From Tubiluchus corallicola (lineage: Eukaryota; Animalia; Priapulida), in contig JAQGDQ010002370.1 of assembly GCA_030141605.1 (NCBI GenBank), positions 523,167-587,166 of the forward strand: a stretch of DNA of 64,000 bases, written 5' to 3'. Shown piece after piece: positions 1 to 11,292 of the stretch. The position numbers and the translations under genes are program-made. Numbering within the stretch: the stretch's first letter is position 1; each line of letters begins with the position of its first letter. Below the pieces are notes generated by a model, which did not search any database, was not told the origin of the DNA, and was given only the letters and a program-made list of their open reading frames with translations.

Positions 1-590
1 AGTGGATGTCAGTTTTGGACTAGCTAGTTGTTTTTTACGTATAACTAAAACAAATACCATTTAGTTGTTTTTAAAATAGTGAACAAAATACATTTTTAAG
101 CACTAATTAACTGTGGGTACTGTGCTGCACATCGCTATGTTTCTCCTTCTCTTTTCTTCTTTCTCTAGTGAAGAAAGATCCGTTCTGATTTGTTCAACAC
201 TTGGTCACTTGTTATAGTCCTTGCTTGGTAGTAAATTCCATTTTCCGTACGAGCTACTTGCTTTACGGCGCACCAGTATTTCAGATCAGACCTATGACTG
301 CCTATCTTTTGCAAACGAAGCCATACAGTTATGTCAATTAAAACTTAACCTCTGCTTTGAACTGCAGCCTGAAGTGTCGTTCACTACGCTGCTTTCGGTC
401 TTCTACAAGCAAAGAAGTAGGCTCCGCTGCAGTGTGTTTGAAATGAAATATTGCATTGGGTGAATGGCGAAAAGTAGTGTGGTCATCCGCATCCACAACA
501 TTTCAGCCTGCAGTTTCAAAGAGAAGTTCACACTTTTTTGTCTAAGTCGTTTCTTATAAAGCTTTACATTTTCAGAATAGAACAGAGAGA

Positions 591-3500
591 ATGTTAGATC
601 CAAAAGCACGCAGCGCTTCACGGTTTTACACGGAGTATCTTTATCCAAGCCTGACGGCCGTTTTAAAAAGAAGTCCAGACGTAAAACATCACATGGATGA
701 ATACGAAACACTGGATGCTACTATACAGGTCATCCAAAGGTTCATGACACAAGAAGAAATTGTTCTGGCATCTTGCACATTCTGCAAAGAGCTGATCCTT
801 AATGAAGACAATACGATAGACAATCGTTTTGCATCTTACCTGATAGACAAATCTAAACTGGAATTTTTTATCAAAGTAGCTGTAAAATACTCAAAGGGTC
901 ACATGGAAAATCTTCAAGTCCTGGTGACCAGCCTCGTGATAGTAGTTGCTCTCTGCGATGCACCAGAAGGTTTCAAGTGGCTCCAGAACAACTATCACAA
1001 GTTGAAACCATTTCTTACGACTTTTGAACGAATGTATTGCATTTCACACAAAGAAGATGAAAAGGCACACATTAAGAGGCTGTGGGAAGCCTTTGAAGCA
1101 AAGTTTAACGAAGTCGAGCAACAATTGGCTGCTGTTCATGAGAACGAGTTATTAAAATCCGAAGAGCGCGATAAGGCCAGAAAAGCCAGGAAGCGTGAAA
1201 AAAAGCGACGTCACCGAGAAAATTCAAAAAAACTAGATGGCAGTTACAGCTCCACTAGATCGAATGGAAGATTAGGAAATGAAGGAGACAGTGATGACGT
1301 AAACGAAATGCCGCATAATCAGCTTGAGGCAAAAAATAAATCCCCAGATGTCAAAAAATCAGAAACAACAAGTCCTTATAACGAAGACAGTGCCACAGAT
1401 AAGATGTCCAAAATCAAGAAGAAACCAAAACAATCTCAATGTAAGCTTAAACATGGCCAAGACGGAACAATTGAGGTTGAGAAATTATGGGAAGATAAAA
1501 AGCTCAAGGGAGATAAGGACAAAAATTCCAAATCATCTACTGATGAAACTATTTATGATGATTACACGAAGGGTTTAAATCATGGTTTTGCTTATCCGGT
1601 TGATGTTGGTGATAGATTTGAGGTTGTGGAAAAAGCAAAGAAAAAGACAAAGCATATAAAAAATTCAGAAGAAGAATTAAACCCTTGGCTTGCTTTTACA
1701 GATTCTGACTACCTGCTACCAAAAAACGTGAAAATAAGCAGAATCGAGATAGAGGATTTCATAAAGTGGACTGCTACAGAGAAAACCGCAACTGCTTTGC
1801 AACATGCAGAAGCAAAACATCCATCTTCTACCTTTTTAGCTATGTCACAGGATAACAAGAGCACATGTAGTCCACAAAAAGCGCAGAATGAAGTATCAAA
1901 AGTAATTAAACCAGGTAATGTAATAAAACCAAAAACAGGAGTAAAAGGGCAGGGTGAATCAAGCAAGCCACGAGAAACTCAAACCAAAACAACGCCTACC
2001 AAACACCGTACACACTCTGATTATGGAAGCAAGCAACTCTTCGTTTGGGAGCAGACAACTCAGCAACAACCAGTTGGCATGTACTATGACGTTAATGATG
2101 TGCCATCAAGAAAAAGACTGGATTTGCCAAACGGAAAATGTGTAGCAAAATCAGCACCAGTAAGTCCTCAGAAGACATTTAAAAAAACTACAAGTAATTC
2201 AGATAAGAATGTTCACATCAGCAGTGAAGAAACTAATAAGACAATGACGGAAGACCATTCCAGTGAATTACAGCAAAAGGAACATTTCACTGACGATAAT
2301 TCATATAGAAACAACGAATCATCACAGATTACAACAAGCAGTGACTTTGCGAATCATCTCTGTGATAGAAAGGAAAAGCATGCTGATAAAGTCATTGTGG
2401 AAAATGCAACATCTACAACATCGACGTCTGAAAGTTATTACACTGCAAATGATGAATCAGAAGGCGACGATCCTTTAACAGATGGCAGCAGTAATGACAC
2501 GTCAATTTTGGAAAGCTTATTCAACACTAATGAAAACAATGAAAGCGGTAACGACCATGATCATGACAATGAGGAATGCAGTTGTAACCAATTACTAACA
2601 TTAGCTAACGTAAAAGAAATTTTGTGTTTGGATTTTATTTTTACCTTGCACCTGATCTCCAACAAAGATGAAATTGAACCTGTGAATCAAAATACTACGT
2701 CATATAGAATCAATTTGCCATCTGAAGTTGTTCAGTGGAATGACAATGATAATGGTACTGAAGACGATTGTGCTGAGTTCCTCCCAAGGCAATTAAAAGC
2801 AAAAAAACTGGAAGAGGACAAGCAAGATAATGGGATTGTGAAATATGAAGAAAATACTGAAATTATAAGTGTTAATAATAATAATATTTCCTGTGAACAT
2901 GTGGAAGCCGACACGCCAAAAAATGAAATTACACCAAAATCCTCAGAAACAGTGGTTTTTGAGAACCAGCAAATGCCAGTCGTATCTGACGTGAACCAGG
3001 GTATACAATCTGATGTAATTCACATAGCAAATGATAATGCCAACATTACACAAGCTGATATTACCAACGTATGGAAAACACTTGATGGCTTTGATGATCA
3101 CTGGTCACGCCCTTTATTGAAAATTTTCAAAAGTTCTGAGTCACACATATTGTCTCGTTCTTCAGTTAACAATATGGCTGTTTCACCAGAAAAAGATCCC
3201 GTTAGAGATGAAATAAAAAGGGGAATGATCAACAATTGGATTCAAGAAGTTGTTACTGCTCGTTCACAGTCTTGCTTAATACAACCTTTGACACAATCTG
3301 ATGAATCTTTTTCAGTAGAATCAAATGAGTCTGATATTTCGGGGCAAACATCTACAGTTCAATCTCCAGAAAGAACTGTAAGTGTTGGGAAATCACTCAC
3401 AAACACAAATAGTGATGAAAGTCAAAATTTGAGTGACAGCTCAAGTTTTAATTATGATCAGATAGATAGGGAGTTGGAATCATCACTAAATCACGTTAGA

Positions 3501-6136
3501 ACACCAGAATTATCAACCAGTGAAGAAAACTGCTCAAACAAAAACACAGGCAGTCAAATTGTTCTTAGAAATGCCGATACAACACCTACATCTTCCAATG
3601 AAGCAGGGTTATCATCCAAACCATCCGAAAGCTTTCAGGCTTGCACTTCAAAAATTCAGAATCTGCCGTCTGGGCCAGAATGGTGTTCTACATGTTCCGA
3701 AAGTAATTCTCACAACATAATCCAGTCTCTTGTTCCTCTGGCTGCACAAAGTAATTTTAACTGGCAGGAAACATTGCTAAACTCAAATTCCACTTCTGTG
3801 GGATGCAATGTCAGTACAGTGCCACATGACAATCCCAATCTTAGTAACCAATGTCAAATCCCATGTCCACCAGGTATTAATCACATGGTTAGACCACCGC
3901 CTTTTGTTCAATACTGGAGGATGCCCCCACCCCCTGGTTTTTTTCCAACACTGCCTCAGGTTGCTATTCAGCAACTCTGGAGCAATTTTCCTGGTTCAAT
4001 GCCTCCTTGGAACAAAAATCACATGCCACTTTCCAGTGGCAATGCTCCTATGGTAATTCCTCCACCAGGAATTGAATTTCAGCAGGAAACTATAACCGTG
4101 CCTCAATCAGAAAAACCATTTCGTCAACCAGGTGTTTTATCCTCAACCAATAGGAATCATCTGGTGTACTTACCAAAAAATGCTGACGTTGTGGTTGAAA
4201 TGAGGAAAAACGAATGTCCAACAGTCAAACAGAAACCAACTGCTCAAGTGCTTCCTCAGATGTCTACACCCGCAGAAATATTTGCACAGCAGGATAATGG
4301 ATTCAATTTCACATCTTCTTCTAGCAGCACAAATTCGGTGGGATTTAATGAAGCTGTTTCACACGCATCAGATGTAAATCTTTCCATGTCACAAGCCACA
4401 AGTAGTTATGGTCGTGGGTATGATTTGCAACAATGGAATATAGGAAATCTCAGACCACCAAATAGTACCTACAACGGTGACAGGTACAATAACATTCAAC
4501 AAAATGATTTTGACGATACTGATTGCATGTCCTCTAGTTCCTTAATTAGTATATCAACAGAACCTGCAGTAGATAACCTGGTCCATGCTAGCCAAAGACA
4601 AGGCGTACAGATGAGCACTCCTGGAGAAATGCTGTTTCAGAAAGACTTGCACAATTGTGACGGTAGCATTTCCAATGGAAACTGGAAGAGTCGTAGCAAG
4701 CGTTGGAATGACAAATTTAGAAAGTTAGCCTCAATGCATGCCAGTGATCTAATCACGAAGGGAACCATACGATTTTGTTACTCCGATGAGTTCTTTATTG
4801 GAAAGAGGTAAATATAATTTTTGAGCTGCATCTTTTTGAGATCAAATCTCGAACCACTACATGTTCAGGAAGTTTCTGGAACGGTTACATTACAGCTGCA
4901 AAAAATTAACTTTTTTTAGATCAGTTGACGGAGGTGGCGTTTTGCTTGGCATTAATGAAGATGGAACCGAGTTAGCATTGAAGTTCATTTGCAAGAACAA
5001 ACTTCAACAGTTTCGAAACATCGTGTCCAGATTTCGTTTATGGAGCTTAAATGATCAACACATCCTGAAGATAGATGTAAGAAGTGGCGTTAGAAGTTTT
5101 TTTTATCTTAACGCGTTTTTTATTTTAATCTAAATTTTAATAATTTATTTTTTATTAGGGTCTTTTGGAAACCAGAGAAGGAGGTTTTTTGCCCATGGAG
5201 TTGTGTGAGTATAACTTATATAGCTATTTGCAAGCTATAAGGCAGAAACCGTGCAGTGAGAATTTTAACAAGATCTTGGTTTACCAGCTTTTCCGAGGTG
5301 TAAGTTATCTACATTCACAAAAGCCAGGTCCTATACTCCATGGTGGTTTGAAGCCTAGCAATGTCCTACTTGACGAGTCAGGTATGTTACGGTTGGCAGA
5401 CACTGGAATTAGCCTTTTTCTTCAGTCAGACAACTCAACTGTTTCAGACGAAGTGTGGTCGAACAGTAACTACTGGAAGCCCCCGGAATGTATTAGAATC
5501 GCCGAGCCAGTTGCCAACTACAGTGCAAAATCGGACGTCTTCATCTCAGGAATGCTTTCGTACTTTATTCTAACCGGTGGAGAACATCCATTTGGTAGCA
5601 ATTGTTTAGAATGCGAGGCGAATGTTAATGCGGGAACGCCATTTCTGAGGTTCATAAATGCGGAATACAATGATATGGTGATTTGGATGTTGCAGCGAAA
5701 CCCTATGGACAGGCCAACGATAGCACAAGTTCTAGCGCATCCTTATTTCTGGACTACTAAACAACGCAATCGCTTTCTCGGGGCGTTGTGTCAAGAAATG
5801 AAACGATGCAAAGGCAGTGGAGATCTGGTACCTCTCGAACTTGAGCAAGCGTTTGCTAGGTCGACCTGTGGAAATTGGACACAAATGGTAAACAACTGCC
5901 TCTGGCAAGAAATCCCTGGAACAACGATGCCTTATAGGAATACATTTGCTGATTTCATTCGATTTGGCAGAAACCTGATTAAGTACTACAATGGTTTAAG
6001 CAGCGTGGCACAAACGATTATAAGAGACCCCGAGAGTTACATATCTACACGATTTCCTCTGGTCGTTATTTACATGTACAACACGTTACGGTTTAGTCAG
6101 TGGAGAGCAAAATGTCACTTTTCAATGTTTTTCTAA
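591..6136 (+). CDS. IRE1/RNase L-like pseudokinase plus KEN-domain protein with a helical N-terminal domain and a very long low-complexity linker (~1783 aa, 3 coding exons; 5' end may extend upstream)
   Basis: Exons 591-4807, 4920-5076 and 5159-6136 join in frame via AG|gtaaat..tttag|A and GAT|gtaaga..attag|GGT (5352 nt). Kinase motifs: IGKRSVDGGGVLLG..DGTELALK, MELCEYNL, HGGLKPSNVLL, LADTGIS, WKPPE, KSDVFISGMLSYFILTGGEHPFG, HPYFW. The KEN-like tail contains YRNTFADFIRFGRNLIKYY..FP. An in-frame acceptor ttttcag at 575 means upstream exons are possible. AATAAA at 6366. Confidence 0.88.
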
Positions 6137-8229
6137 AAGATCAAGAGGGATAAGGTGGTTACGTAGGTACCAATATTGGATTGTACGAGTGGACAAAGCT
6201 TTAGAGTTTTTATAGGAAACTTTCTGTTGTTATCTTAACTACGTAATCTTGTAATTTCAAAAACTTGTTAGAAAACGATATTACTCATCATGAATTTAAA
6301 CTGAAATTTATTCAATCCAGTCAAATTTATTATTTGTTTTTGTATACAGCAGCATGCTGATTATAAATAAAGGAGAAATAAATAACTGAGACTATTAAAT
6401 CATTGTTAACATGTTTTAGTTAATATTAGATACTCGTCGTTGGTTATGTTATCAGCAGCTACTATTCGTAATTTACTATTCCTGCTACGTGGCTTCAGTT
6501 CACTGGACTTTGTAGGTGGGAGTATTTGGCGCGTTTCACAAGGCAGGAAAAATGTATTATTGCACTGTGGCATCTGTTTCCTTCTGGCACAATTCAGAGA
6601 AATCTGTAAGTCTTATTATTATTATTATATTCCGAACATCACCACACAAAACCAGAACGCTCAATTCCAAACTACGCCATAATTTTTTATTCCAATAGTA
6701 TACCATAATAGTTACACCAATTGAACAGCAAAGCAAATAATGTTATCTACATTAAACCACCGCTCTACTGCACATCAAGTCAAATTCAATCCATTAAACT
6801 CAACTTTTTCATACTGCTTTACATAGTACTAAAACCAACGAAAATGTCACATTCGTCAGCTGTTAAAAACCGGAAAGAACACAATACAACTTAATCCAAT
6901 GTCATCCTAAATCAAACAGAGACTATCAAAAATGGACTACAATCCTATTACGTGTTAGCACCGCAAGTTATCACGTAACATGATAAAATAACCTCAAACT
7001 CAAACAGCTACACGGAATTATAGCTGAATGATAAACCACTTTAGTCTATTAATTAACAGTACAAATTTAACAAGAAAAGATACAGGCTTATATCGAATTA
7101 ATATACTGTTACACTACTGTTAACGGTAGGCCAACTGATCTGTATTGAAGCAGCGTCCTTCCGCTGTGTGACTTGCAAGGAAAATTTTATTGCGCACCAA
7201 TAACGAACAAATGTTTGACAGTCCACTAGGTATAATGTTCTAGCACCAACACACGACAGCTGTGTCCCATAAACTTTACTAACAACTTCAACAAAATGGC
7301 TACCAATACCCATCATCCATCCAGACCGTATATGTTCTTCATAGACAACCATATCAAGTCCAGAACACCAATTACAATAAGAAGTCAGCTGCTTCAAGAG
7401 AGAGGTAGATGTTTTCAGCACAGAGTTTATCCAAGAAATAACGCAGGTCTGGGAAAATTCCCAATGCATAACACCTGGGGTGCGCAGAAAGTTTCTTACG
7501 GCACGTATCTGCTAATATCTCGCAAACATCTGTTGTCTTGGGGTTGTGTTGTTTGCTAAATTACTAAGTCGCGACGGACGCAGCAGAAAACGAAAAACAA
7601 GTTTGTTACGACACACTAAAAGTACTTACTTATCACAGATAATAACGACATTGTTATAACACAACTAATATAATTACTTAATTACGTAATTAATTAATTT
7701 ACGTTAATAATATAATTAATGTACAAGACAAAGCTAACAAATAAAACCTATACATGAGAGGTCCATATACCTCTAACACTATGGTAATTTTGTACTTTGG
7801 AATGAATGTATCTGGCCGGATGTGGCAGACCTGGTCTAAGAGCTATCTAAGAAATGATTGGGTTCAGCTAGGATTTTTAACTAGCGTTAACTAACATCGA
7901 TATATTTGCATTTTATAGTATATTTACAAGTAGATAGAACGGGCCAATCAGAGACTAAGAAAATGTTTACTTGTGGCTATTTTTGACTAGAATATCAGTT
8001 TTTTAAAATGACACTTAGGCAGAACACTATACTTTCTGGCAGGTAATAAGTATACTATTTGAGGAATGATGTGCCTACATTAGAAATATAATAAACTACT
8101 TTTCGCTACATCATCACATTTTAATCGTCATATCACATAACTTTGATTATGCTAGTTACATAATTATTAAAAATCGTCTTGTAATGAACGATTCTTGCTA
8201 TGACAGTAAAAAAACAGGTTGCTTTAAAG

Positions 8230-8650
8230 GCCTTGTTTCTAAGGAGTGGGAACATCCTATAATAAATATCAGTGTAAAAAAGAATGAAGCCAGAAAACAT
8301 GAAATGTTAACAAATAGATTTATTTTGAAATTTACACAGTTGAATTCTGATTTGTTTTCTCGCAACATAACAGATAGCCGAATATGTTCTAGTAATAGTT
8401 TCGTTGAAAATTAAGTACATTACTTTTTTGAATGTACACGTTATGCAAATGAGTGCAATATTTTCCTAAATGAATTGCTTCGTTAGTCACGAGCAAATTG
8501 TAAATTTTAGTCATAAATCTATGTTTAATTCAGTGATGAATTTTTTAAACTGTTGCAATATGGTTCTATTTACAATAGTTCAAGATTTAGTTAATATCAA
8601 CCAAAGGTTCAAGTAAAAATAAATATTGAGTAAGAATAAATAAATAAGAC
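8230..8650 (+). mobile_element. Degenerate 3' end of a LINE (CR1/L2/Jockey-like ORF2 C-terminal zinc-knuckle region)
   Basis: Reading through one stop gives LNSDLFSRNITDSRICSSNSFVEN*VHYFFECTRY, which resembles the LNxDL..C.C..E...H.FF.C..Y end of LINE ORF2 proteins. An (AATA)n-like tail follows near 8635. Confidence 0.55.
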
Positions 8651-8655
8651 TATTG

Positions 8656-9172
8656 CTAAATAAGAACAACATTGCTATTGTTCTTGCAGATTAGAACTTG
8701 CACTTATTTTGACGTGAATTCATGTACTGTGCCTATAGCAGTAGCAAATTTTTATTTTACCAAAATATTCTTGCGCGCCAGCTGGAATACATATATATAA
8801 TCTTTATTTGTTTAAAGTGGATTAACAAAACAGTAGTACCTGATTCAAGTCTCTCCACAGTGCAGGTGCAAGTGAGTCAGTGCATTAAAACATCAGTGCT
8901 AATATAACATCGATAAGATTTTCAAGCAAATAATATAAATTAGGCATGCTTATATCAGTTTGACATAATATATATCATCTGGGCATTAAACAATCCAGTA
9001 GATCATCTAAATTAACCACTTCACTGCTGTGCAATTTGTATTCCAGCTGGCGCGCAAGAATATTTTGGTAAAATAAAAATTTGCTACTGCTATAGGCACA
9101 GTACATGAATTCACGTCAAAATAAGTGCAAGTTCTAATCTGCAAGAACAATAGCAATGTTGTTCTTATTTAG
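8656..9172. repeat. Perfect 136-bp inverted repeat with 245-bp spacer
   Basis: 8656-8791 is the exact reverse complement of 9037-9172 (compared base by base). Confidence 0.95.
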
Positions 9173-9925
9173 TTTATATATATATAAACAGGTTGCTTAT
9201 TATTGATATCATCTTCCGTATTTCGATAGTGCCCTTGTTGTCACATATACACTTTTCATGAGCAATTACCAATTTGCCATATCTTAAGATATAATCGTAT
9301 CTGTTTTTGATTATTTGTGATAACTAAGCAAAATAATTTTTAGTTTGCGCATGTCGTTAATTCTGTTAATGGCGCAGGTGTCCTATTTATTTCTGGCGAA
9401 CATTTTACAAACATTACAATCGAAATTTCGAGTTAATTACCACATTTGCGCGCTCCTCTGCTGAACTGAAACGTAGACTGGATTATAGCATTGCTCAGGA
9501 ACGGGCTTCAGTGAAAAGCAACATCAGGGAAGATGGCTTCATAAAGCGATCCACTCATGCAGTAATCTTGTGGTGAGACTAAAACAGGCTAGTATTATTT
9601 TTTGGCGTTAAGCTGAAATCTTTGTTTAAATGCAGTAATTATGACGCTTGATATTAGGCAACAATTTTTTACTTAGATATTGTCTTCATTAAATGTAAAT
9701 GTAAACATGGGCGTTAAACAAGGTGCAATTTTTAACATTGTTTTATAAGGACAAGATGATTTTATTTTGAAGCGCTGAACGAATGTTTCTGAAGCGTCTT
9801 AAAAATGTTGTCGTCTATTGGCCTAAAATTCTAATAACCCAAACTGTGCATAATGACTGTAAATATGTATTGGCAGTTCTGGACATATATACGGAATATA
9901 AACAGTGAAATCACTTGTTGCTAAC

Positions 9926-11223
9926 ATGTTTGAGAAGCTGGATCAGGAATCAGTGTGCACCGTTCTGCAGTTAAACGCTTTAAATAATACAAGTAAGTTT
10001 TTATTTATATAGGCCTATTGCTGATTATAGTTATTACATATTAATCTTATAATTATTTTGGTTTACAGCCTTTTAGGGTTTATATGCATTTACCTGTCTG
10101 TCTCCTGTCAATTATGTTATCAGTTCCCTCTAACCTGTTCATCAATTTCTATTACGCTCCTCGACGGGTTAAATGTATATGCATTTTTACTGTAAAGGAT
10201 TAATTTCAAAAATAATTCATGCTCGTTAATTATAAACAAAATTGAAGAAATTGACGATGCTGCTTTAATATGTATCAGGGCTGGATTAACATTAAGCAAA
10301 AAAGTAAGCACGTGGTTAAGGCATGTCCAAATAAACCTACTGTATAAGTTTTCTTTTATTTCAGAAAGTGAAATGTTTATTTTATGGTTAACCGAGTATT
10401 CTTTAAATTAAAAATAATTATGTTGGCAACGAAATTTTTCTAGTGCTTATGCTTACGGCCTCTACATTTTAGGGCATCTATCGATCTTAATTCGTAGCTG
10501 ATGCTTAAGGTTATCTCAGAACAAATTATATCCGCATGACTGGTAAATGACTATTGCTTTACAGTTTGTTGTGGATTATTAAATTTTAGAGTTTTTTAGT
10601 TCGGAAACCTAAGGAAGTCTTCACAAGATGCCTGATAATAATTATTAGTCAAGCTAATGCCGTAACAATCAGGTCTGCAAGTTACGAGCACTGATAGCCA
10701 TTCGTGCTCTATACATGTGCATGAGTGCCTAGGCGTAACAGACTATTCAACATCAAAAATTCAATGAGATGCATAGGATGAATAAAGAAGATTGCTTTTA
10801 CGATAGCGTTTTACATTATTTCAACGAAAAATGCATACGTTTATGAAAAATGGTCTTGGTTCGATGCTGAAGCATCAAGACTGGGTTTCTTTATTTGATT
10901 CTTACATCCTGAGGGAGATGTCATCATAAACACTGAGGATGCTCACTCTGCACTCTGTGTTTAATCAGATGCTTTTGTGCAGATCGATTCGTACTTAGAA
11001 GCATGTCATTAAGTTAGCAAAGTCTTGATCAAATCTAAAGATGATATCAAACCCACTGAGGCTTTAACGAGTTGCTTGATCTTGAAGTTTTTTTAATTAG
11101 ACAAACTATTAATTAAATTGCTAAATTACTCGGTGTTCACTCTCTCATTTAACCTGCAACAGAAAATATAATGCAAACAAAACGCAACCAAATGCGATGC
11201 CACCCATGCAATGCAGTGCACTC

Positions 11224-11292
<69 letters not shown>

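Noticed and set aside
221-463. 80-aa ORF as an upstream coding exon of the kinase-KEN gene
   Set aside because: An in-frame TAG at 215 separates it from the strong acceptor at 168, and its donor (459/460, phase 2) does not match the first acceptor at 575 (phase 0). It may be 5' UTR; unresolved.
7098-7559. Overlapping ORFs on both strands, plus a protein-like minus frame ending YALGIFPDLRYFLDKLCAENIYLSLEAADFLL
   Set aside because: No recognisable family, start context or consistent splice partner.
8710-8717. TGACGTGA (UPRE/CRE-like) duplicated in the inverted repeat near an IRE1-like gene
   Set aside because: An 8-mer is expected by chance in 64 kb, and it lies downstream of the kinase gene.
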